Shown: positions 9,644 through 17,755 of the stretch, in pieces
How positions within the stretch are numbered: the first letter of the stretch is position 1
Layout of the letters: each line of letters begins with the position of its first letter
Assembly: GCA_964014485.1 (NCBI GenBank)
Contig: CAXHAT010000086.1
Location: forward strand, 1-30,813
Direction: 5' to 3'
DNA length: 30,813 nt
DNA from: an uncultured Deferribacteres bacterium
GTDB taxonomy: Bacteria > Zhuqueibacterota > Zhuqueibacteria > Zhuqueibacterales > Geothermadaptataceae
Made by a program: the position numbers and the translations under genes
The notes under the pieces: generated by a model
The model's database searches: none
What the model saw: only the letters and a program-made list of their open reading frames with translations
Told to the model about the DNA's origin: nothing

Positions 9644-9676
9644 AACGCAGAGTGCGCGGAGACGCGGAGTTTCTCT
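9644..9676. repeat. Half copy of AACGCAGAG-type repeat
   Basis: AACGCAGAGTGCGCGGAGACGCGGAGTTT resembles the left arm at 15187. It is truncated where the next element begins. Confidence 0.55.
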
Positions 9677-9844
9677 GCTCGTCGGGGAGTTACTTCCTGC
9701 TCGGCTTTCGTAGAATCCCCGACGAAGCAATATCCCGCGGATTGTATCCGCCGCTTTGCCAAATCGAGAGAAGATGCAATCTCCTGGGCATTGGTTTCGC
9801 TGGGATTCAACGTGAGCCAAGCGGGAAGAAAATCCCCAGCGAGC
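9677..9844. mobile_element. ~170-bp MITE/REPIN-like element, copy 1
   Basis: Imperfect terminal IRs GCTCGTCGGGGAGTTACTTC / GAAGAAAATCCCCAGCGAGC. Co-linear with 12447-12615. Confidence 0.8.
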
Positions 9845-10122
9845 CAAAGTATGTGAATTTGTTTTCCCAATTGGTTTGATTTGTGGTCATTTTCGTGTCT
9901 CTGTTCACTCCAAAACTTCGTTCTCAATCCGATTGAATTCGATGGATTTAAACTCGGATTGGTGCAATTGCTTATGAAGGCAAACTGGTCGAATTCGACC
10001 AGCTTAATCCCCATTGCGTTAATAAGCTTGTTGTGACCAGCGGACTATTTATAGCCTTGTCGAATGTCGTTGCATTTTACGGTTTGGTATCTATCACAGG
10101 CGATAACTCAGTTATATTTACA

Positions 10123-10728
10123 TTATTTTGGGGGAGAGCCTTTCACGATTTCTCCACAATCATTAGGCATACCACCACCCCAAGTAGCAGCTTTAAGATT
10201 AGGAATAATTTCAGTCTTTTTCTTTCCAAAATAAACATACATTTTGTCCAGATTCTCGTTAAAAGATGAATCTGGACTAGTGGAAAAATACTTAATCTCT
10301 TTTAGGATTGATATGCTCTCATTGGTATTAAGTCGTTTGTGCATCAGCTTCGTGGACACAAATAGTGAATCGACCGGAACATTCGAAAGATTAGTTAATC
10401 TGAGAAAAATTGCTGAGTGGATAATGGGTATGGCCGTGCTCGAATATGCATTTTTTGCATTTTCAAATAATAATGTATGCTTAATCTCACCAAAGTTTAC
10501 AGCTTCGCTCACACACTTTTTCCCGGCAAAGAAATTTTCCATTGCCTTTTGATTGAGGCTAATCAGAACAAAGTCTAGTGAAGCTTCGGGGCCTAGAATC
10601 TGGTTCTTGGTGTAAGTATAAATGCTGTTCAATTGACCACTGAGCACCAAAACTAAGCCGAGTATTGATGTAACGCCGGTGAGAATCGCGGTAACTTTGC
10701 CTTTTGGAATTTTAAATCTATTTTTCAT
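10123..10728 (-). CDS. Hypothetical protein with N-terminal membrane anchor (AT-rich)
   Basis: 201-aa ORF with one N-terminal TM segment. It overlaps the end of the upstream gene. No recognisable motif. Confidence 0.6.
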   Translation of the reverse strand: MKNRFKIPKGKVTAILTGVTSILGLVLVLSGQLNSIYTYTKNQILGPEASLDFVLISLNQKAMENFFAGKKCVSEAVNFGEIKHTLLFENAKNAYSSTAIPIIHSAIFLRLTNLSNVPVDSLFVSTKLMHKRLNTNESISILKEIKYFSTSPDSSFNENLDKMYVYFGKKKTEIIPNLKAATWGGGMPNDCGEIVKGSPPK

Positions 10729-12358
10729 CGCAAACTATCTCTCTGTTTTTTGCCAGTGCATGAATCACACTGTCAACCTTGGTTGATATTTCTTGAAAAA
10801 TATGGTGCTCCGGTTTTGGTAATTGACCGGTGTCTCTTGCTATTTTCGCAAGTTCGGCAAGTGGTTTTTCCCACGCTTTTTTTAGTAAACTGTTTGTGTG
10901 AAATATAGCCCATGCTCGAGCATAAGCAATTTTTTTGTCCAAAATTGGAGTGATACTATGAAAGTCGCGGTACCGCATTAAATCAGATATGTGCTGCCCA
11001 CTAAACCCATGTTTAGCAATAATACATATCGCTTCTTGTTGAAATTCCGTCAAGGGAAGTGAGAAATATTCGTTACCGGATTCCGAAAAAAGCTTCGCCA
11101 TCAAAAAGTTTCGTTCAAATAATTGTACTATTGATTTGGTAGTGGAGTCCCAATTGGCCGAAGCAAACTTCTCGAGTCTTTCAAATATTGTTTCACCAGG
11201 AGGATAAAATCGTTCTGTCCAGAGCCAAGTCGCCTTCCATTGTTCAGCAAAGTTACTTGCTTGCCCTTCTTCTATTATAGCTATTTCGTCAAATTCACTT
11301 TCAAAATACAAATAATGAAACAACTCATGTGTCAGCTCTTCGGAAAAAAAATCTGACATAGTTGCAAGACCTAATATCGCTTCTTGACTCGGACTTACAG
11401 TATAGATTCTATCAGGAGATAAAAGGTCATCATTACTGGCTATAAATTCCGCAGGACTTGAACCAAGATTATGTATTTTTTCGAGTCTATTCTCATTCAA
11501 GTAATATATTACCAGTTGGAAACTACGCCTGTCCAAGCGTTTGTATAAACTTAATCTTCGCAGATCTTCCCATGCGAGTGATAAATTCACTCGCAATAAC
11601 CATTCAGTGCTTGAAGGAGAGGCAATTAATCTGGTAGGAAATCCACCAACATTGCGAGAGTCAAACGCCGTAACATCTGGAAGCAACTCTCCAGAAAACC
11701 TTCCACTGTATTCGACATGAAAGTTCAGCGCCTTGAATAAGTCTCTGAGAGAAACAGGCCATGTAATATCGGTTATTAGCTCTGCGTGTGGATATTCTGA
11801 GAGAAGGATACGTAACGGGAAAGATAACTCAGTTGTTAATTCTATATCGAAATCCAATGGTTGTAACATGGTTTCAAAAAGAGTCGCTTGGGAACCTGCT
11901 AAGTACGATGCTATGGCGATGTCACAAAAAGCATCTATTTCAGAATCTGAATGATTCCCATAATGACGTATTTTATTTCTTAACTCAGCGTGAATACGAT
12001 GAAAACGCTCGTCCTTTATCGAGTCAATTGCTGCTGAGACTTTTTTCAGAGCATTGGCGTTCCATTGTCTCTGGCAGTACAATTCGTAGATCAACCCGCC
12101 TAACCCTCCCGAACGCATTAAATCTCTTACTGGATGACCCAATGGTCGTCGATATGTCGAATCAAGCTCTATAATCTTCGATTCAGCGTCCCAAATATCC
12201 AGTTCTTTTGCATGGGGGAGATTCCATTTGCTAAGCGATTGTGCGTAAGGATTTCTCTCCATATTGTCGGTCAATCGGCTTCTCTCGGTAGTTATTTTTT
12301 TATCGTCACATGATGACAAAAATACCGAGCTCAATATTAATAAGGCAATTCTAATCAT
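10718..12358 (-). CDS. Lipoprotein, putative gluzincin-type metallopeptidase (AT-rich)
   Basis: GGAG SD; lipobox LSSC at residue 17; THELFH followed by EEG; late YARAWAIFH motif. Confidence 0.65.
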   Translation of the reverse strand: MIRIALLILSSVFLSSCDDKKITTERSRLTDNMERNPYAQSLSKWNLPHAKELDIWDAESKIIELDSTYRRPLGHPVRDLMRSGGLGGLIYELYCQRQWNANALKKVSAAIDSIKDERFHRIHAELRNKIRHYGNHSDSEIDAFCDIAIASYLAGSQATLFETMLQPLDFDIELTTELSFPLRILLSEYPHAELITDITWPVSLRDLFKALNFHVEYSGRFSGELLPDVTAFDSRNVGGFPTRLIASPSSTEWLLRVNLSLAWEDLRRLSLYKRLDRRSFQLVIYYLNENRLEKIHNLGSSPAEFIASNDDLLSPDRIYTVSPSQEAILGLATMSDFFSEELTHELFHYLYFESEFDEIAIIEEGQASNFAEQWKATWLWTERFYPPGETIFERLEKFASANWDSTTKSIVQLFERNFLMAKLFSESGNEYFSLPLTEFQQEAICIIAKHGFSGQHISDLMRYRDFHSITPILDKKIAYARAWAIFHTNSLLKKAWEKPLAELAKIARDTGQLPKPEHHIFQEISTKVDSVIHALAKNREIVCDEK

Positions 12359-12446
12359 TTTAATTCTCCCATTTCATTATTCAAAATTGCTGTTACCGTT
12401 CACTCTCCTTTAATTCTTCCTAACAGTTTTGAGAAGGCTATACTCT

Positions 12447-12615
12447 GCTCGTTGGGGATTTACTTCCTGCTCGGCCATCGTAGAATCCCCGGCGAAGCAA
12501 TATCACGCGGATTGTATCCGCCGCCTTGCCAAATCGAAAGAAGATGCAATCTCCCGGGCATTGGTTTCGCTGGGGATTCAGCGTAAGCCAAGCGCGAAGA
12601 AAATCCCCAGCGAGC
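12447..12615. mobile_element. ~170-bp MITE/REPIN-like element, copy 2
   Basis: Terminal IRs GCTCGTTGGGGATTTACTTC / GAAGAAAATCCCCAGCGAGC (18/20). Internal inverted copies of the same motif. Direct repeat of 9677-9844. Confidence 0.8.
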
Positions 12616-12658
12616 TAAATAAATGGTGTTCTGATCGCAGTCAATCCCCGAAAGACTT

Positions 12659-13948
12659 TTAGCGCGGCGCCCCGAAGCAGAAAACCACGCCGTCGTCGTT
12701 TCCAATCACAAGCTTGTCCGAAGCGACGGCAGGCGAGGTGACGATGGCGGCGCCGGTTTCGTATTCCCAGACAACTTCGCCGTCCGCCAGATTCAGCCCG
12801 ATCACTTTGCCGGTTTTTGCGCCGTAGAAAACGCGATTTCCGACGATGACGGGCGATGAATCGATGCGCGCGCGGTCAACATGCGCCCAAACTTCTTCGC
12901 CGCTCTCCGGGTTCAAAGCATGAACCATTTTGTCGCGCCCGGCGATGATGACCCATTCATCGGTGACGGCGGCGGAGGCGTAGTAAGGGAATTTTCGTTT
13001 TGGGTGTTCGTAAATCCATTGCGGCTTGCCGGTCGCCACATCGAAACACACGACCTGATTTTCAAAATTTCCGAAAAAGATGCGCTCGCCCTTGACCGCC
13101 GCAGTGCTCGCGACATAGCCGCCAGCCTCGGTTTGCACCAATTCCTTGCCGGTTTCAATGTCAAAAATGCGCAAAAGCGCGTCGCAGCCGCCGATGATGA
13201 CTTTGTCGCCGACGATGGCGGGCGTGCCGTTGACATAACCGGCGGTTTCAAACTTCCAGACAAGCTCGCCCGTTTCGGCTTTCATGCAATAGAGAAAATT
13301 GTCATAGGAACCGAACAGAACGCGATCTTTGTAGAAATTCGCCCCGGAAATAATGCCGCCGTCAGTACTGAACATCCATTTCTTGTCGCCGGTTTTGGCG
13401 TCGACGGCGTGAAAATCGCCCAGTTCATCGCCGACAAAAACCATCCCGAAACCGACGGACGGAGAGGCCTTGCTCGCATCTGAAAGCCGATAATCCCAGC
13501 GCTTTTCCCCGGACTCCAAATCAATGGCGTAAAGCGTGCTGTCCAGCCCGGCGACGTAGACAAGACCGTTCGAAATCACCGGCGAACCTTCGAGAAAATC
13601 TCGGGTTTGGAACGTCCAGAGCAACTCAAGTTCCGTAGGCAGTTCCGAGTGTGCGACTCCAGTCATTTGCGTGTCGCCACGAAAGAGCGGCCAGGCGTCG
13701 GCGTTTCCGTTGCTTTGGGCGAATGAAGTGAATGGAATAAACAGAAACGCGAAGTACAACTTCGCGGACAATAACGTTCCCAAGTAAAACTTGGGAACGA
13801 GTTGAAAACGCCGGTTTGGGTCATTCCCGCGTAGGCGGGAATCCATTGTTTTTGCACGGCTTATAGATTCCCGCCTGCGCGGGAATGACGTAACCCAAGC
13901 ATTTGTCGTCTTTAGCAACAATCCAACTATTTGAACTATTTTTCTCAT
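12659..13948 (-). CDS. Exported PQQ-binding-like (BamB-type) beta-propeller protein
   Basis: WPLFRGD followed by repeated SP(V/A)..G.VY...A.D..(T/S)G...W blades. Start taken as ATG 13948, 14 nt after the ADH stop. The N-terminus contains palindromic repeats. Confidence 0.85.
   Translation of the reverse strand: MRKIVQIVGLLLKTTNAWVTSFPRRRESISRAKTMDSRLRGNDPNRRFQLVPKFYLGTLLSAKLYFAFLFIPFTSFAQSNGNADAWPLFRGDTQMTGVAHSELPTELELLWTFQTRDFLEGSPVISNGLVYVAGLDSTLYAIDLESGEKRWDYRLSDASKASPSVGFGMVFVGDELGDFHAVDAKTGDKKWMFSTDGGIISGANFYKDRVLFGSYDNFLYCMKAETGELVWKFETAGYVNGTPAIVGDKVIIGGCDALLRIFDIETGKELVQTEAGGYVASTAAVKGERIFFGNFENQVVCFDVATGKPQWIYEHPKRKFPYYASAAVTDEWVIIAGRDKMVHALNPESGEEVWAHVDRARIDSSPVIVGNRVFYGAKTGKVIGLNLADGEVVWEYETGAAIVTSPAVASDKLVIGNDDGVVFCFGAPR
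13748..13801. repeat. CTCGTTCCCAA-type double hairpin inside CDS
   Basis: CGCGAAGTACAACTTCGCG and CGTTCCCAAGTAAAACTTGGGAACGAG. Same family as intergenic 23576-23698. Confidence 0.8.
13820..13889. repeat. GTCATTCCCGCG (dRS3/CGTC-like) paired repeat inside CDS
   Basis: GTCATTCCCGCGTAGGCGGGAATCCA ... TAGATTCCCGCCTGCGCGGGAATGAC, an inverted pair of hairpins. Confidence 0.85.
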
Positions 13949-13961
13949 ATTTCGATTTCTG

Positions 13962-15110
13962 TTACCACGCTGATTCATACAAATTCAAACAATCTTCTTC
14001 CTGTAAATTCCGAGGGTTGAAGGTTCCCGTCCATTGCTTCGCCGCTGCTTTGGCGAGTTCGGAAAAATCCGATTTTCGCACCGCCAAATCTTGCAAATTT
14101 TCAGGCATTTGCGCGGCTTTTCGCAGCTCGCTCAATCTCGCGGCAATTTTCACCGCGCTGGTTCCGTCGAGTGCATGTTCGGAAACGTTGAGTAAGGTTG
14201 ACAGCTCATTGTATGCACCGTTCACAACTGCGCTGTTAAAATGTACCACGTGCGGCAGCATCACGCCGACCGCGACGCCGTGCGTAATGCCGTATTTTGC
14301 GGTCAAAGGATTGGCGCAGGCGTGTGCGGCGCCAAGCATGGAATTTTCGATGGCGGCTCCGGCATAGTGCGCACCAAGCTGCATTTCACCCCAAGCATTG
14401 ACGTCATATGTTTTGCCGAGAACTTTTTCGAAATTGCGCTCCAGCAACCGCCAGGCTTCCCGCGACAACATTTGCGAAAACGGCGTGCGTTTCTTGGTCA
14501 CATGACTTTCAACTGCGTGAGAGACGGCGTCCATTCCAGTTGCGGCGACCACGTCTTTCGGGGCGCTCATGGTTAATTTGGGATCGAGGATGACGCGGCG
14601 GAACAAGGCTTTTGGGTCGCCACAAGCCATTTTGACGTGCGTTTCGGCGTGCGAAATAAGCGCGAAAGATTGCGCCTCGCTGCCGGTGCCGGTTGTGGTT
14701 GGAACGCCAATCGACGGCAGCATCGGCTTTGTCGCCTTACCGATGCCCCAATAATCTTCCATTTTGCCGCCGTTGGTGAAAAGAAAATTTATGCCCTTCG
14801 CACAATCCATCGCGCTGCCCCCGCCCAGCCCGATGATGAGATCAATTTGACCGATGGATTTGGCGAAACGAACGCCTTCTTCAACATGTTTTGTCGTCGG
14901 GTTTTCTTCAATGTCTTGAAAAACGAACGATTCGACGCCCGCTTTTTTCAAAGACGCTTCCGCGCGCGCAACGTGGCCCGCGGAAACCAGGCCTTCGTCT
15001 GTGACTAACAAAACATTTTTCGCGGCAAGCTCCGTCGCCAAATTTCCGATTCGATCTATCGTATCCGCGCCGACAAGCGCGCGAGTTGTGAGTTGAAATT
15101 CAAAGTTCAT
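13962..15110 (-). CDS. Iron-containing alcohol dehydrogenase
   Basis: GLGGGSAMDCAK, PTTTGTGSE, MDAVSHAVE, GAAHACAN and THGVAVG. Confidence 0.92.
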   Translation of the reverse strand: MNFEFQLTTRALVGADTIDRIGNLATELAAKNVLLVTDEGLVSAGHVARAEASLKKAGVESFVFQDIEENPTTKHVEEGVRFAKSIGQIDLIIGLGGGSAMDCAKGINFLFTNGGKMEDYWGIGKATKPMLPSIGVPTTTGTGSEAQSFALISHAETHVKMACGDPKALFRRVILDPKLTMSAPKDVVAATGMDAVSHAVESHVTKKRTPFSQMLSREAWRLLERNFEKVLGKTYDVNAWGEMQLGAHYAGAAIENSMLGAAHACANPLTAKYGITHGVAVGVMLPHVVHFNSAVVNGAYNELSTLLNVSEHALDGTSAVKIAARLSELRKAAQMPENLQDLAVRKSDFSELAKAAAKQWTGTFNPRNLQEEDCLNLYESAW

Positions 15111-15186
15111 AATTTGCTTGATTATCGTCTGTGTCTTGTTCCACCAAATCCGCGCCGTCCCGAAACATCATTCAACATTGCGCCTT

Positions 15187-15318
15187 AACGCAGAGACGCG
15201 GAGTTCGGAGAGCTTCGCAGAGTTTTTGATCAGCATTTTAAATGCCCGGTTTATGGTTTTTCCTTCGTTTTATTCAAATCGTTTTCAGTTCTCTCAGCGT
15301 CCTTTGCGTCTCTGCGTT
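15187..15318. repeat. AACGCAGAG-type inverted repeat element
   Basis: AACGCAGAGACGCGGAG ... CTTTGCGTCTCTGCGTT arms, intergenic within the operon. Confidence 0.75.
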
Positions 15319-15378
15319 TTGAAAAATTTTGCAAAAAATGACGTGAATTCGGCTGCCGGTAGTTAATAACTCGGCTTG

Positions 15379-16296
15379 TTATTTTTTCCGAAGCACGATG
15401 TTATAAATCGCCAGTTTCGCGCCCTTTTCATAGGCGCCGTCCGTCGGCGCAGGGTTTAATTCAACTTGCAGCATCGCCAGTTGTTCTTTCGAAAAACCGC
15501 TGGTAACAAAATCGCGCTCAAAATTTGGATCGCCGACAAAGTTCATTTCCGACGCAAGTGAACGAAACTCAGGGTGACGGATCATGTAATGGACGTGATT
15601 TGGCCGGACAATGCCATTGACTTTGTAATGTCCCGGAACGATAGTTTTAAATCGATACCGCCCGTTCTCATCGGTGCGCGTTTTTCCGGCGTATTGAAAA
15701 TTCGGATCGAGTTTTAGCGGCTTCTCACGTTCTACGACGCGCGGATCATCGGGATGGTCGTACTTGCCGCGACTGTCGGTTTGCCAAATCATCATTTCGG
15801 CATTGGGAATCGGCTTGCCGTCTTGCCCGCTGACGACGCCTTCCATGTACATGATTTTACCTTTGAGATCGCCGCGTTTCCCGCCAATTGCCGTCAAATC
15901 GTTGTCCATTGGTTGATCGGCGTTGACGGGATAGAACGGGCCGGTTCCGGTGCTTGGCGTTGGGCGGTTTTGGGCGAGGGTTTGGGTTGAAAAAAGCAGG
16001 AGTGAAAATAAAAAGATCAGTGCTGTGGAGAACAGGTATTTACCTACCCCTAACCCTCTTTCAAGGATAGTTTTTTTGAAAATCTGAGCATCATCCGCCG
16101 TGTCATACCCGCCCCCGCCTGCGCGAGGATAAACTCCGGCGGTATTCAGCTTTGGGGCGCCGCTGTCTGGATACCCGCCTGCGCGGGTATGACAGAAGCG
16201 GCGCTTCCGAGCAAAAAGAAAAAACCTGTCCTTAAAAGAGGGGCGGGGGTGGGTTCTCTCGAAATTTCGCTTGTTGATAAAGAATTTCACGCCCAT
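15379..16296 (-). CDS. Exported intradiol ring-cleavage dioxygenase-like protein (protocatechuate 3,4-dioxygenase fold)
   Basis: GPFYP, IWQTDSRGKY, TDENGRYRFKTIVPGHY and RPNHVH (Tyr/Tyr/His/His ligands present). SD GGAGAGG at 16304-16310 precedes ATG 16296. Signal h-region ends TLA-Q. Confidence 0.85.
   Translation of the reverse strand: MGVKFFINKRNFERTHPRPSFKDRFFLFARKRRFCHTRAGGYPDSGAPKLNTAGVYPRAGGGGYDTADDAQIFKKTILERGLGVGKYLFSTALIFLFSLLLFSTQTLAQNRPTPSTGTGPFYPVNADQPMDNDLTAIGGKRGDLKGKIMYMEGVVSGQDGKPIPNAEMMIWQTDSRGKYDHPDDPRVVEREKPLKLDPNFQYAGKTRTDENGRYRFKTIVPGHYKVNGIVRPNHVHYMIRHPEFRSLASEMNFVGDPNFERDFVTSGFSKEQLAMLQVELNPAPTDGAYEKGAKLAIYNIVLRKK
16042..16254. repeat. Nested palindromic elements inside CDS
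   Basis: Outer 36-bp IR 16042-16077 / 16219-16254 (29/36). Inner TGTCATACCCGC...CTGGATACCCGCCTGCGCGGGTATGACA at 16101-16194. Confidence 0.85.
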
Positions 16297-16318
16297 CGGA
16301 AAACCTCTCCGAAAAAGT

Positions 16319-17755
16319 CTACGCCAAACTGTGCTCTTTGGCAATTTGAAGACTCCGCTGGCGGTAGAGGTGTTCAAAAAGGTTGCCCTCGTGCGGCTGA
16401 TCCCAGCTAATTTGCACCGTTGGGATTTCGCCGATATTCAGACGGTCAACATTGGGCGAGGAGAGCAGTTCATCGATGAATTTTTGATCTTCCGTAATCG
16501 CCGTCGCGATCAAGGAATACCCCATATTTTGCAGCAGTTCTTCCTGCGGCGTTTCAACGACAGCGACAAACGGGAAAAGATACTCCGATTGCGCCAAAGG
16601 ATGATCGTGGTTTTCGCACCAAACCACCGTCGGTTGGACAAAAGCGCAATCGTCGACTTCGACCTGACGCTCCGTGCCGCGATGTTTCAAGGTCAAATCC
16701 GTCGCTTTGCCGTCGGCCAATTGTCCGTCAATGGCTTCGGAGAGCATTTTGGCGAATTCTTTGTTCGGGAACGCGGCGATTGCAGCTTGCGGATCGTCCA
16801 TCGGGCGCGCGACGATTTTGGCGATGCGTTCCGCTAGCGCTTCGGCGATTTCGCGGCCATATTTCGGAACCCAGACGCCGGAAGCGTTGATGCACGAACG
16901 ACCGCCGTTTGCGGTGACGGATTTCACCATGAGATCAAGATAATCTTCCCAATCATCGATTTTGTCTTCGCCGATAATTATTTTGCTCCAACCCGGCCCG
17001 TGAATTTCAACGCCGGGGTTGCTGAGCCAGGGTTGGACGGTGTTTTTATCGCCGAAAAGCATGGAACGTCCGCTTTTGAGCAGAATTTCCGTTGCGCCGC
17101 CATGATCCGTCGGATAAAAACTGAACGCTTCTTTTGGACAGCCCGCCGCGATGAACGCTTGCGCCAACCGAAACGGCGACCAGGGTTCTTGCGCGCCCGG
17201 CTTCAAAACCAGCGGCGTTTTCAAAGGAATGGCCGGGAGCCAGAGCGAATGCACGCCCGGCGAATTGCTGGGCAGGATCGCACCCAAAACTTTGCTCAAG
17301 CTCGAAAAACTGAGCGTGGAACCGTTGTTTTTGTGCCAGCCGTGATCGAGAATCGACAAATCCAGCCCGCGCGTCAGGCCGCGCAAAACTTCCCGCATTT
17401 GCCGCAGAACGCCGGTGATTTTGCTCATGTTCATGCGGCAGAGCGACATCGGCATGCCGGTGGTTGAAGAAAGCTGTTCGACGTATTGTTCCGGCGTTTG
17501 ATCGTCGTCGCCCAGCGGCAGAGCGTCGTTTTCAAAAATATCCGCCGCTTTTGCGCAAATCGCCAATAATTCTTCGACCGTCAGTTCGCGCAAAATCTCC
17601 TGATTTTTCGCCGCCTGCATAAAATCACGCGAAATCAGACCGCGATTGGCTTGGCTGACTTCAACGACGGTTTCGCCGGTTTTGAAATGCGGCACGCGAT
17701 TCACCGCCAGGCTTTTGTAAGCTTGACCGGCTCTAAGAATGGGGATGTGTTGCAT
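16319..17755 (-). CDS. Aldehyde dehydrogenase-family protein (GriD/EhpG-like acyl-adenylate reductase candidate)
   Basis: ILPSNSPGVH, LVLKPG, HGPGWSK, catalytic GRSCINAS and EYLFPF. TAATG overlap with the upstream gene. Confidence 0.85.
   Translation of the reverse strand: MQHIPILRAGQAYKSLAVNRVPHFKTGETVVEVSQANRGLISRDFMQAAKNQEILRELTVEELLAICAKAADIFENDALPLGDDDQTPEQYVEQLSSTTGMPMSLCRMNMSKITGVLRQMREVLRGLTRGLDLSILDHGWHKNNGSTLSFSSLSKVLGAILPSNSPGVHSLWLPAIPLKTPLVLKPGAQEPWSPFRLAQAFIAAGCPKEAFSFYPTDHGGATEILLKSGRSMLFGDKNTVQPWLSNPGVEIHGPGWSKIIIGEDKIDDWEDYLDLMVKSVTANGGRSCINASGVWVPKYGREIAEALAERIAKIVARPMDDPQAAIAAFPNKEFAKMLSEAIDGQLADGKATDLTLKHRGTERQVEVDDCAFVQPTVVWCENHDHPLAQSEYLFPFVAVVETPQEELLQNMGYSLIATAITEDQKFIDELLSSPNVDRLNIGEIPTVQISWDQPHEGNLFEHLYRQRSLQIAKEHSLA

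Noticed and set aside
9506..10014. Short ORFs here and their look-alikes at 12429-12705
   Set aside because: They are mostly translations of the 170-bp repeat element, which explains their mutual similarity.
9845..12446. Integron cassette array
   Set aside because: No integrase and no convincing RYYYAAC...GTTRRRY attC sites were found.
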